Made by a program: the position numbers and the translations under genes. 64,000 bases of DNA from Phoronis australis (Eukaryota > Animalia > Phoronida). Positions 1-12,400 of this stretch are shown here, one piece after another. Every line of letters starts with the position of its first letter. Position 1 is the stretch's first letter. The DNA is taken from assembly GCA_002633005.1 (NCBI GenBank), contig NMRA01000361.1, positions 62,001 through 126,000 on the forward strand, written 5' to 3'. The notes under the pieces were generated by a model. It had not been told where the DNA came from. It was given only the letters and a program-made list of their open reading frames with translations, and ran no database searches.

Positions 1-586
1 ATAATATTGTCCAAGCTTGGATATGGTAACACTCTTCTTACAGATATCTAGCCAGTAAAGATTATTTAAGCCTGATAAGTTTAATTTTGTATCAGAGGTG
101 TGTTTAAGATGGCAAACTTGATGAGACCAAAAGACCATGGTAATGTAACACACGATTGCCTTACTGTTTCACTAGGAAGCAGGCAACCTTCAGGGATTGG
201 AATTTTCCTCTCTTTAAGAGTATTTCCTACTTTTTGGTTTCGATTTCCTCTTATTTGATTTCCAGTTTCCTCTTTTCTGTTTCTTTTTATCATTATTTTC
301 ATATCATGTTAACGTTTCATTTAAATTTTACAACACAAAAAAATCTCTATCAAGCAAGCCTATTTATTTAAGGAATAATACACCACCTGGAAATTTTTCT
401 TGTTTTTTGTCATTGGTCATTCCAATCCCTGAACCTTACAACTTCTCGCAATACGTCCACCACTGAAAGTGGCACAAAAATGCTGAATATTGGTAACACT
501 AAATTAGCCCCCAGACAGCTGACAGCAAAGCTCACTCCTAACATTTTGCGGGAGCATACTGTTACAGAAAACCAACTGGGACGTAC

Positions 587-696
587 TGATGACATTCTTC
601 AGTAGCATTCAAGGCTTCCACATAATTCCTGAGACTGCTGGTGAATGCTTTGTTACAACTCTCCTGCACCTGCAGTTTACGCCTGACAAGCATCAT
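587..696 (-). CDS. NECAB: NECAB-like exon 9 (start of ABM domain)
   Basis: MMLVRRKLQVQESCNKAFTSSLRNYVEALNATEECH; TTTCAG acceptor, GTACGT donor. Confidence 0.85.
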
Positions 697-3600
697 CTGA
701 AACAAGTAGAAACACTTTGTGTTAAATACTGCAATCAATATCATATTCACTCCAATAATTGACCAAGAACAAGAATGTCATTCAAGAGGAGCACTTATAA
801 AATTTGCCTTAAAAATCTGGAATTGCCAGGCTTTAATCATATGCCCTGAAAGCAATATGGCTGCAAGCTAATTAGAAGGAGGATAGTACGATACATAGAC
901 TATAGATGGAGTCACCAGTGGGTGTATTGCAGCATAAAGTGTATGCATCTCATAAAATCTTTGATTATGTAAAATTAACTTTTGCTTACAAATTATTTGA
1001 AATTGACACATAAAAACAACTACAAAGATTGTGCAGCGAGTACGAGAAACCAAGGAACACTAAGTCAGTATCAAAATTATGCACCTAATATAATTATTCT
1101 CAGTGTTGTAAACAACTTGGAAACTACTACTAATTTTCACTTAATGTTAAAATCCTATATTTCGTCTTGTTTATGTGTGATATTTTGTCATATTCATGTG
1201 TGTCTCGATTTGCATGTTTACTTATGTTTTTCGGATTAACATTTAGATCCAGAAACATCTTTACTAAGACAGCTGCAGATACTAACAAGCGTTATTCAAA
1301 CAAAAAGAGAGGACATGGTTAAATTGCGGCAAATATTTAAGTTTGTTCTCCGTCTCAAAGAACGTGATTTCCCAACCTTGGTCAAATGAAGTTCACCTGG
1401 AAGTCACTAAACAGAGTGTATTTGAACTTACATTCAATTAAATATAATAAACCATTTTGTTACATTAAGAACTGGTTTCAATTTCTCCACATCATCATAT
1501 TAAAAAGATGTTAAAAGTCGTTATCATCAATGATAACAAAAATCAAGTAAAACAGAATAAGCCATACTGACAAATATCGATACAAGCATTCACCAGACTT
1601 TAGCATACAGGATTGATTTTGAATTTCACAAGTTTAATAGCCATGTAAATATTTCCACTGCAAAAAAAGAGATTCCTTTGTCAATTTTTCTCATTTGTTT
1701 GTCACCAGACTTCATACCATGCCAACCATTGGCACAATGCTAAATTCATCGAACTTAAATAATCCTTATTAACAATACTACTCATTACAAGCTAAAAAAT
1801 AAGCAACCTCATTCAAACTTGAGCAAAATTATTCAACCTTGGACAATATTATTCAAACTCAGACAATATTGTTCAAGCTTAGAGAATACTATTCACGTTT
1901 GGACAATATTATTAAAGCTTATGCACCATTATTCAAGCTTAGCAAATGTTATTCATAACGAACTTGAGAGTTCTGCACAAGCTACACTGTCGAGCATGGA
2001 CAGGTCATGAGATACATTTATTTAATAGATGATTAGTCCGAAAGAAAATAAGTTTTGCTCAGTGCCGTGCTTCGATGATGATAGTAAGCTTGAATTATGT
2101 TTCTGATTAGTTATCTTGTTCAAACATGCACAGCAATGAGTTACCAGCAGAAAAAGTGTTCCAATCTTGAAATTCAAGGTTGAAAAACGTGACTGACCCA
2201 ACAAGCTTACTTAAGATTTTTGACAAGCTTGATTAACTATACTCAACCGAGCAAAGGTTAGTAAGAGGGCATGGAAATGCTAGCTTGGAGAAAAATAACA
2301 AAGCTGATGTACTATTAATTTCATAGCTTGGTCCAGCTTGGGTCAAATTTAGTCCAGTACATTTCTGAAGTTTAAACTGCCAATACAAGAGCAATGTGGA
2401 GCGTTGAAATGCGCCCACGAATGCATTGCAAATGGTGTGCTTTTAGGGTTATTTATTTGTATCATAAAAATGGCCACTAGATGGCGCAAAAACATACAAT
2501 CCATTCAAAAACAGGAACACGTCATATTTCATAAAAATCTGTCAAGGAACTTCAGAGAAACAAAGGAAAACAGAATAAAATGAAATTGCCACTAGTGGGC
2601 ACAGTGTCCGTTGGATCCGCCTGAAAGTCGTCGTTTTCTGTTGTTATCTTCATATAAATACACTTACTAAATTTAGTAAAGATCCTGCAGTGGATTTAGG
2701 AGATACAACTATGGGCGCGAAACAAAACTACCACTAGGAGGCGCCACAGTAGTTAGTCACCATCATCAAAGGTTATCTTCACACTGAGAACATATACGCC
2801 AATTTTCAAATGATTTAGTTGATACAGGGGTGGACACCAAAAACAAGATTTGAAAACAGCAAAAAATGGCCACTAGGTGGTGCAAAATACCTCGATTCCA
2901 TCCAAAAACAGAAAGATAGCGTCATCACACCAATAGATGCCTATGTTTAAAATTTTATGAAAATCTGTTGAGGACCTTTGAAGATACTGAGTTAAACGTA
3001 AAAAAATTAAAATTGCCACTAGGGGGCACAGCAGTAGTCAGATCTGTCCGAAAGTCGATGTCATCCGTAGGCAACATCATATCAATACACTTACTAAATT
3101 TTGTAAAGATCCTGCGAACGGTTTAGGAGAAACAGCCAAAGGCGCAAAAAAAAAACTCCCACTAGGAGGTGCCAATTTTCACAATCATCCTTTGAGTGGT
3201 TTGGTTGATAGAGGGGTGGACTCGAAAACAGTAAAAATGGCCACTAGGTGGCGCAAACTACGTCGAATCCATCTGAAAACGGGAGGATAGCGTCATCTCA
3301 ATAATAGGTGCCTACATACCGAATTTCATAAAAATCTGTTCAGGACTTTTGAAGATACAAAGGTAAGTGTAAAAAACTAAAACTGCCACTAGGGGACACA
3401 CCGGTAGTCGGATCCATCCGAAAGTTCACTCATGCCGTCCCATTCATAAATGGAACATATGTGCCAAATTTCATGAACCTAAGTCAAAGGGTTTTGGAGA
3501 TAGAGCAGTGGACGCCAGACGGACGCCGCCCGGACGGACGGAGATGACGGCATAATGCATCCACATATAAATATGTGGGCACATAAAAATGTGTTTTCAC

Positions 3601-6600
3601 CAAAATTCACATGATTCATAAAACCACAACCTAGTGCTTAAAAGTATCACTGCAGATGACAGAGCATCTATTTACTCCATTATGTTTGAGTGTGTGCTCA
3701 CCAAATGTTCTTCCGTTATATTCAGTTGTTCATCTGATACATTCGACAGATTCACCTGGAAATAAGCACACGGTTAAAGAAATGTTGCTCCACACTCACA
3801 GAATTACATTCTAAATGAAGAATGAACAAAAGACAGTCTTCTGATGAACAACCTTCCAAGCACTTTCCAGACTTGAGAATAGCCTCACTATTTTACATCC
3901 ATGAGTAATGACTAGTATATACAGTGTGAGTAGTTTACGGAATTTCATTTAGATCAAATGTAATCAACAGAGCTTGTTCAGCTACTGAGTAAGTTTTCCA
4001 AACATGTTTTTCTCGAGCACTAATAATCAAGTGTCTCTCTTGAATCAAAGTCACATAAGACAATTTGGAGAGAAAATACAATTGTAACACACACAGTCTG
4101 TTCCATGACACCTTCCTCTCCAGATCAGCAGTATAAACACGACCCTGCTCTCTGGGAGCTGCTCTACATCTGCCCGACCTGACTAGTCACATGACAATCC
4201 CAACAACAGGACCACGTGTGTATACATCCAAGTTGCACTAGGAGTGAAATCAAAACTCAAAAAACTGCACATTTACTACTACCATATACCTTCCAATAAA
4301 AAATTGCAGAAAGTCAAACACTTCTGCAGATTTCCCAATACTGATACACAAGTCAATAATATACCTGTCACACATACCTTGTTTTCCAACTTGTCAATCA
4401 TTTCCCTCAGTCTGTCAACCTGAACACCCAGAGCCGTACCTGCAAGTCAACATATTAATTACAAGGGCAATGCAAAGCAATGAAATGCACCCACGACTGC
4501 ACCACGCGTGGTGCGCTTCTAGGAACTTTAATAGACCTATATTGCTATGCGCCATTCAAAGGGGCTGCAATTTTAAGCTGCCACTCAGTGATTGAATTTC
4601 TGTCAAAGAACTCTGAAGATATGGCAATAAACATAAAAAATTGAACCATCTGAAAGTGTCGTTATCTGTTTTCACATTCATAGGAAAACACTTAAATCCT
4701 GTAAGGGGTTAAGGAGACAAAAAAACAAAGCTGACACTAGGGAGCACCACAGTAGCCAGGAGCACATCAGCCAATTTTCATAATGGTCCATCAAGCAGTC
4801 TAACAGCTAGAGAGAAAAAATGGCATAAGTCACAAAACAAAAACCCAGCTGAGGTAATCTACAACAGCAATCAGATGAATTTAAAAGCGCTCAGTTGGTT
4901 CATGGCAAACAGTAAAAGTGCTGAAGGTGTCAATTGTTGAAACATTGTCATCAAAGGAGCACTAGCAGTCACAGAGTCCATTGTCACCAGCAGAATACAT
5001 TCATGCTTCAATAAGTTAAAGATAACTGTACACAATGCAACACTGATGGCACAAAATCAGTCTGCAGCAATTGTCACATCGCGTGCAAGACCTAAGTTAA
5101 TGATCCATTGGCAGAGTCTCTCGTTATCATCCCGCTGCGACTATTTTCCATCGTGTGGGATCATTTTTGCCGCGTACGACCAAAGTTGTGTTGCATTATA
5201 TCGTATTACAATGTAATTAGCTGACCATCAACTTACTGTCCATTGGAACACTGGTCTGTGTACTCAGCTGTTGACGTGCACGTCTCGCAATACGACCAGG
5301 TACAATGGTGGATGTTTTAGTGCTGGACGAGTCTTGGCTTCCTATGTCAGATGCTCTAAAAATATAGTATACTGAAGTTTAAGGAATATTCTAGAATACC
5401 TTTGGCTATACAGAAGACAAAAGAGGTTTAGTCTTTATAAAAGCAACAGTTTACAAGAGCTTTCCAAAAATAGACCACACCAGGAAAAAGACACCATAGG
5501 GCTCATTTAGAAACGTGTCACAGCAGCTTATTTTGCTCTTTTTAGAACATACCTCTCGTAAACTATATTATGGAAATCTCTGTGAAACTTTGCACAAAAA
5601 TAATGTTCTAAATAGCAATTCTTCGCTGATCAGATTGTTAAAATGTTCAAAATTTAAAAGTGTTATTTTATGACAAATGTTTAGTACAAACAATGCTGCT
5701 GATGATGTCAATTTTTTTCCTCGACTTTTACTTTAAATTTGAAAATGGAAATTCATATGTCACCCATATTGTGTGCCAAATTGAAAACTGTAGCATGTAA
5801 ATAAGGGACTTTTACAATTCACTAGCACAGAATAAATATTCTCAATCTCACCATTATGTGGCGCAATGGCTAACCAATCGTGGGGTAGTTAGCGATCGGA
5901 CAGTGCGTCAAACAGTATATGTAGTGTGATAGGTATGATGTCAAAAGAGATAAGCTCTTATGGGTACACGAGGAAAAGGGCAATATTTTCTCCATTTTTA
6001 CCTTGAAAAAGACCATTAAATATTTCAATTTGTTCACTAGTCAACAGAAGTATTGCATTTTCTTATAGCAGACAAGCAGATAATAAAGTGAAACTGCTCT
6101 TTTACAGTGTACATAAAATCTCATAGCTGATAGAGGGCGCTACGAGCAGCAGCAGCAAAATAAGTTTCCGAAAGAGCCTCACATGTTTCTTCCAAAAAAC
6201 CCTAAGGTGTGTTTTCGGACACATAATCGTGACGCAAATGAGTGTTTCCGGAAAAACCCAAAGGCTGCTCTTTCGGAAATCACCAACAGTTTACATTGTT
6301 ATAACGATACCGTCATTATCCTTTAACATTCACAATTTACCAATACATAGTTGCAGACCCCTTACCTATCCCTAACAGCAGCCATATCTAGATGATCTGA
6401 TGCCGCTTCAACTGGGCTCTTCAAAGCTTCAAACTGGTTGATGACTTCTCGAAGCAAAAACCTGGTGGCAAACTGATCCTTGGCATTTGAATTTGCATAC
6501 GACTACAAATACAAAGTCATAATTTTAAGGATTTGAAGTCAAACAAACTGAATTAATTTTATAAAAGTTCATAGCAAATGGGTTATATTTCAAATTCACT

Positions 6601-9276
6601 TTACAATACAATAGGAAATGTAGAAATAGTATGATCAGACAAAATCTCTTATTAAAAGTGATTGAACTGTTCATCAGAATGATGAAGCAATATCAGTTCA
6701 TAGATAGATATTACACATTACCCCACCAAACCTAAATGAGCATGCAACGGACTGTATTCCAACAATAAATGATGTCCGATTTTTCGGTGGACATGACTGC
6801 ATGATATAATCTTAATGATGTAGATTTTAGACTTGATTATACAGGACATAGACCTAAATGATATCAGTTGAGTTTTTACTAGAAATAGTTACTACATACA
6901 ATCTAAATGGAATCTGACCTACATTTCACACGAATTACTTACACGCAGTATGTCTAATAACCATCCGATTTCAACATCTGATGGACATGATTACATTTAG
7001 TTAAGACTTAACACGTGGATATGAATAAGGGCACCTCATTCATAAAAGTGGGGGGCAGAGCCTCTATTTTCATTGCAGAAGCTACTAAGCTGAAGTGGCG
7101 ACAAAACTTCAACAAGAGGTGCACTCACACTCCCCCCCCCCCACCAATATAAACCTTCCTACACTTAAACTTGACAGTGTCAGACGCCAGCTTCAGATGA
7201 TCACCGCATCACTACAGTTCAGTTCCTGGCCCACAAGTGAACATAAACTGAGATATTTAAACCTAATACTATACCTTTGCCGTGTCATTAACAGCCTGGT
7301 TGACAGAGTCATTCAGAGATGCCAAGGCTGAGAATACTCCTTTAAACGCGCCAAGGTGCTGAGAGAAGTATGCACACAGCTCTCCTGTGTCTATGTTGCT
7401 GAAAGCAAAGCGTAATATACATGGGTAATTAGCATAAAACTGAATGACAGGGTATTCTTAATGCATGGGCCCACAATGCACTCATCTGGGGCCCCAATGT
7501 ACACAGGAGCCATAAGCTGATCAATGTTTGTTGCAACTTGTTCTTAGTGATTATAAACCAGACATTTAAAGTAGGGATAAACCCGCCTTTAATCACATAA
7601 AACAACTTTTGTTTGAGACCACTTATAGTTAAAAAATCAATCTCAAATTGTCAAAAAAATGTGATTTCCAGGCTTGAAGAGAACCGAAAGTTCATTATTG
7701 CATGAGTCTAGGCTCTAAGGTTGACTTGCCAAGTCATTTTATTTGCCAGGCATGGTCTCATGCAATAACGAATTGTCCATAATTCACAAGACCATGAATC
7801 ACTTCTCATTAGAGCCGAACAAGGACAAGTTTTGACCAATTTCATGTCAGCAAAAGTGGGCACTCCAGGTTTCTTTACACGATAATTAAGTTGTGTGCAC
7901 GGAGGGCGAAAGGGAAAGTATGTTATGGGAATGTGTATGTCAGTTATGTTTTTGCAATAAAAACTACTGAGGTAAGTGGTCAAAATCCAAACTTTAAACG
8001 AGAGACCGTTTAAGTCTCTGGGTCCTTAATGTAATGGCTTGTGGAGAGAGGAGTGAAGAAGACGTCTTTACTTGAACACTACTTTATTGCGGACTGACTA
8101 ACTACTGTACAACAACATGTTTTTTCAATACACAAGACCACATGCATATGAGTCACATTTCATAGAACTGTTTGGCAAGACTTATATAATAAACCATTCT
8201 AACTAATTGTGCCATATAAGGTAAGTGTAGTTCCAGTACAAATCACAATACTATTACACTTACCTTGTGTTGTGTGTGTCTATTTCATGAAACAAGTCTT
8301 CCAACTGTTGGCTAGTCAGGACACCATCATTGAAGAATGACTTGAATTCGTTTAACGACAAAGCATTATCATCTGGAAAATAAAACATAAAATATGAATA
8401 AATTTGGAACAGCAATGTGATAAAACAGTGTGTTTTAGAAATAGAGATTAGGTTTGTGATCATCCCAGAGAGCTGGTCAATTAATTCACAAAATGTGTGA
8501 GTCGACTTGTATATAGCAATTGTGGAAGTTCATGTATGACCTATGAAACTAAACAATAGTTACCGTTTTTGTCAGCTCTTCGGAACACCTGAAAAATGAA
8601 AAATATTGCAAGTAGTTAATTTTGCTTTAATTAGTTAAGTATGTAAAAGGTCTCAAACAATGAATCACAATAGCCACTCACTAAGAATTATGAATTACTG
8701 TATTTGAGTTGTAAACTTGTTGCATTGAGATGTATGGTGATTTGTCTTATGTAGGGTTCACTAACTTCACTTCATTGCCTGTTCCAGTTGACTGAAGATT
8801 CGGCAAAAAACAAATTGACAAACAGGTGACACTTCATTTTATGCCGCTGAAAGACAACTTAAAAGTGTACTTTTTAATAACATCAATTTTGGGTCACATT
8901 AAATGATTTTATTTGTAGGCCCATCCATACAAAGCTACAGACACGGTGTGTGAAGCTGATGGCCTACAATCACACCAAGGCTACGAGGGTAAATTCCAGT
9001 GAACAAAGGAGACAAGATTTCACGGTTCTTTGCGTGCACTTACATCCAGAAAAACAGACATCCCCTTTTCGTCTTCAGCCATGTCTGCCCGCTTCTGGAA
9101 GCTTTCACGAGTAATTCAAACAAGACGAAGACAATATCCCACTTCAGCTTTGGTGCAAAATATCTGCCAGCGACATCATTTGGACATTTCAAGAAAAATG
9201 GAATGGCTATAAAAGCTGCATTGCAAGCACAGAAAATGGGTGAAAAATAAACCTCAAAGTGTTCAAAATCTGCCAT
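587..9276 (-). CDS. NECAB: N-terminal EF-hand calcium-binding protein (NECAB family), spliced gene; 3' end lies beyond the left window edge
   Basis: Nine GT-AG exons in consistent phase: 9253-9276, 8564-8588, 8264-8372, 7275-7398, 6366-6502, 5237-5355, 4378-4439, 3702-3755, 587-696. They translate to [69 protein letters not shown]...QFATRFLLREVINQ...VDRLREMIDKLE...MLVRRKLQV...LRNYVE. This matches the NECAB EF-hands, central homology region and start of the ABM domain. Confidence 0.92.
1828..1956. repeat. Degenerate 20-bp tandem repeat (about 6 copies, ATTATTCAAGCTTAGACAAT-like)
   Basis: Visible periodic attattcaa...gacaat units. Confidence 0.7.
2385..3589. mobile_element. Non-autonomous Helentron/Helitron-type element (HINE-like) with internal tandem repeats
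   Basis: ACAAGAG start; subterminal inverted repeats ATGCGCCCAC (2409-2418) and GTGGGCACAT (3575-3584); terminal palindrome CCACATAT-AA-ATATGTGG (3561-3578); (GACG)n microsatellite near 3519-3541; internal repeats with a period of about 370-430 bp. A decayed second copy of the same head starts at 4461. Confidence 0.75.
3702..3755 (-). CDS. NECAB: NECAB-like exon 8
   Basis: 54 nt, VNLSNVSDEQLNITEEHL; TTCCAG acceptor, GTGAGC donor. Confidence 0.8.
4378..4439 (-). CDS. NECAB: NECAB-like exon 7
   Basis: TALGVQVDRLREMIDKLENK coiled-coil motif; canonical splice sites. Confidence 0.88.
4461..4830. mobile_element. Degraded copy of the same HINE-like family (right boundary approximate)
   Basis: ACAAGGGCAATG...GAAATGCACCCACGA...TGGTGCGCTTCTAGG aligns to 2385-2448, followed by decayed repeat units. 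Confidence 0.55.
5237..5355 (-). CDS. NECAB: NECAB-like exon 6
   Basis: ASDIGSQDSSSTKTSTIVPGRIARRARQQLSTQTSVPMD; TTTTAG acceptor, GTAAGT donor; phases 2 to 1 bridge the neighbouring exons. Confidence 0.85.
6366..6502 (-). CDS. NECAB: NECAB-like exon 5
   Basis: SYANSNAKDQFATRFLLREVINQFEALKSPVEAAS, matching the NECAB QFxTRFLL motif; GTAAGG donor. Confidence 0.92.
7275..7398 (-). CDS. NECAB: NECAB-like exon 4
   Basis: [41 protein letters not shown]; phase consistent. Confidence 0.92.
8264..8372 (-). CDS. NECAB: NECAB-like exon 3 (EF-hand)
   Basis: [36 protein letters not shown]; canonical splice sites. Confidence 0.93.
8564..8588 (-). CDS. NECAB: NECAB-like exon 2 (VFRRADKN)
   Basis: TTTCAG acceptor and GTAACT donor; 25 nt; conserved RRADKN motif. 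Confidence 0.88.
9253..9276 (-). CDS. NECAB: NECAB-like exon 1 (MADFEHFE)
   Basis: ATG at 9276; weak donor GAG|GTTTAT; phase 0 joins VFRRADKN. Confidence 0.7.
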
Positions 9277-9416
9277 ATTATAATAAAATTATGAGATTTA
9301 TTAATATTTTATATATTAAAATATATATTTAACGTTTTTAGCATATACAATATATTATATATGAATACTTTGAAATCTTTATTTTGATAAGTACGTTCTC
9401 CGTCGTTATAAACAAT
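9277..9416. promoter_or_regulatory. Compact bidirectional promoter / 5'UTR region between NECAB-like and MORN1
   Basis: 140 bp between the two divergent ATGs; very AT-rich near-palindromic core at about 9301-9332; both starts read AATATGGC. Confidence 0.7.
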
Positions 9417-9480
9417 ATGGCGGCCCAAGTGGGTCGGAAGGATCATTACACTGGGGAAACAAAGAGACATTTGAGAGATG
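9417..9480 (+). CDS. MORN1: MORN1 exon 1
   Basis: MAAQVGRKDHYTGETKRHLRDG; GTAACA donor. Confidence 0.85.
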
Positions 9481-12400
9481 GTAACAGTCTGTTTTCAGCT
9501 TTGCTTTTGTCGGCTTGTAGAATTTACACATGGTGAAAAAATACAGCTACTGCTTCTTTCAAATAAATGCAGTTACCTGAAAGTGACTCTAGAATCGGAT
9601 ACGTGCAAAGCCAAAGAGTAGACACTGCCATCGCCTGTACTTCTTAGCAGTAGAGACGTAATGCTCCTATAAACCCTTCATACGCCGGAAGATTTTCGGC
9701 AAATTATGCCTCACACTGATTAAACCATCAAAGTAAAGTTGCTATAAGTACCTTTTGAACTTAGAGGGACACATTAGGAAGCCTTTGATGTCTTTAATTT
9801 CTTCGAACTCCATATGGCAGTCCTTCGTTGTCCAAATTGTCAACTGTCCATTTCCACCGATTTCTACACTGCACATGCCAGAAGATATGATGCCATATCT
9901 CTTGGTGCAAACAGTGTAAAAATGGCCAGTTGCTGTTTTAGTCAAAAGCAAACTCATCATTTGAAGGTTCCAATGTTCCTCAACGTCCGAAATGCCTGAA
10001 GTTTGACCTAATTTTGATTTTAAATTGTTGTTGTCTGTTGAAACAGGGCACTAAAATAAAAGAACAGTCTGTTTTGGTTACTGAGGTGATACTTCTAATC
10101 ATTTTTGATTGTAAGAAGTACTACCGTAATTGCNGACACATTAGGAAGCCTTTGATGTCTTTAATTTCTTCGAACTCCATATGGCAGTCCTCCGTTGTCC
10201 AAATTGTCAACTGTCCATTTCCACCGATTTCTACACTGCGCACGCCAGAAGATATGATGCCATATCTCTTGGTGCAAACAGTGTAAAAATGGCCAGTTGC
10301 TGTTTTAGTCAAAAGCAAACTCATCATTTGAAGGTTCCAATGTTCCTCAACGTCCGAAATGCCTGAAGTTTGACCTAATTTTGATTTTAAATTGTTGTCT
10401 GCTGAAACAGGGCACTAAAATAAAAGAACAGTCTGTTTTGGTTACTGAGGTGATACTTCTAATCATTTTTAATTGTAAGAAGTACTAGAGTAATTGCAAT
10501 ATATGATAGACTGTAATTATACATTTGAAATTGATTTGACATCATGCTGGAAGAGAACTAATCTTTTTGTGTGCTTGCAATTTTGATTCCCTGCATGGTT
10601 ACCATGACATCAGAAATTTGGTAAAATATTAAAAAGCAAAGTTTTTACTTTACTGTCATAGATGAAAAAACAATGAATGAAAATTGACATTTTCAATTTC
10701 AGCACTATTGAATATTTCAGTTAAATTTGATGACGTTTACCAATTAATACAACAAAAGACATTACTCAAGTTAATTGCATTCAAAATGGTGCAGTGTCTA
10801 CGTTCATGACTGGCACCTGTCTCAGATTCTGGGAAATAAACATTGTTTTGTGATAAATACAGAAAGTCGAGATTCCAAGTTCTGTGTGTAAATAAGATTA
10901 TTTCAATAGAAACAAAAACGGCAAAACATTTTGGTTTCTTTAATTTGTTAGTCACAGAGAAGTCACAAAAGTGTCCAGGTAAGGGTACTCTGTTTATAGT
11001 CATTGGTCACAAAACAAGTTACCAAATTACAGCAGGCGGTGACATCGTACGCCATCCGTACTCTGGAAATTTTTCTTCAAATTATATTTAAATCCTTGAA
11101 TAAACTAGTAAAGTCGACGTGTTACTTTATGTATATCTTTGAGTGTAGATGGACAGCTCTAACAAATGGCTGGGCCAAATGAGGCAAATTGCCTGTTGCT
11201 TACCTTTTACACAGATTAAATAAGACTCTTTCTTCATGAACCAACCTAGTCTTATTGTGAACTTTGAGTCTCACATTGGTGTGAATAGCATGCACACGCT
11301 GTTCTTTGAGAAGTCATGGTTCAAATTCAAGGCAGCAAAGGTAAAACAAAATGAAGTATGGAGGGGTTCTAGGGTTGGTCAGATAACCAAGGAGTTATCA
11401 AGAACAAAACTTGAAGTTAGAAGTGACAGATTGTTTGGCTGGCTGCTAAGTAATAAATTGTGAACATAAATGTGCAATTTCTGCTATCTGATATTTTTGT
11501 TGTTGATGGCGTAATAGATTGTCACTATGAATGTTTCAAGATTTAACCCCGTATATGTTTTTCTTTCTAGGATTTGGCGTTTATAATTACGAGAACAAGT
11601 TTTATCGTTATGAAGGTGAATGGGACCAGGGGAAAAAACATGGTAACTGTGCACATGTAGAGCCTTTAATGTCTGTGTGTTTGTAAGATTCTGTAAACTT
11701 CAGGAAGACAGTTCCTTGAAGATGTCTTTGAATTCATTGTACTCAGACATCACTGATGAATGATACTTTTTGAATGATGACATATTATGTTGTTTGGTTA
11801 AAGATGAAAATACATTTATAAAATTTCCAAGTGTGCTCAACTTCTACAATAACTTTCTGACTTGTGACAACACTTAGTCTTTTTATAAGCGTGAGCTCTG
11901 TTGTCACAAGTCAGAATGTTATTGTAGAAGTTGGATGCACTTTGAAATTTTAATATTCATGTAAATGTTGGAGATTAAGCATTTATTTACATTAAAATCT
12001 TTCATCGTTTTTGTTTCCATGGACAAAAATCAGGATTATAGCTCTGAAATGACTGAAGCCCATGTAATTTATTTTTGTATGTATGCATGGAAACAAGACA
12101 GAGACAGGATGTTCTATCTGTTGACTAAGAAGCTTAAGTTGCTAAGAATAATATTATCTCATATATTGAAGGCAGTACACATTTTACAGGTTATACTGAC
12201 ACTTAACAAAGAAAAAGAATGCATAAAAGCTTACATGTAGGAATGCCACTAATAATTTTTATTTAGTTTTGATTGATGTAAATTTAAGTCTTGATTATTG
12301 TGTGTTATGATTACATCTTACAACATTAACATCAAAGAGAAAACAGTCATATGTTAATTGGTTTATAGTCACTAATAAACTTGCCTAACGAAGTGACTTG

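Noticed and set aside
9040-9276. 78-aa ORF as a standalone gene
   Set aside because: Only the first 8 codons fit the NECAB model; the rest is read-through into intron 1.
9768-10497. Real tandem duplication with twin small ORFs
   Set aside because: Copies meet at a single N with allelic-level differences, a pattern seen at three gaps in this window; best explained as an assembly artefact.
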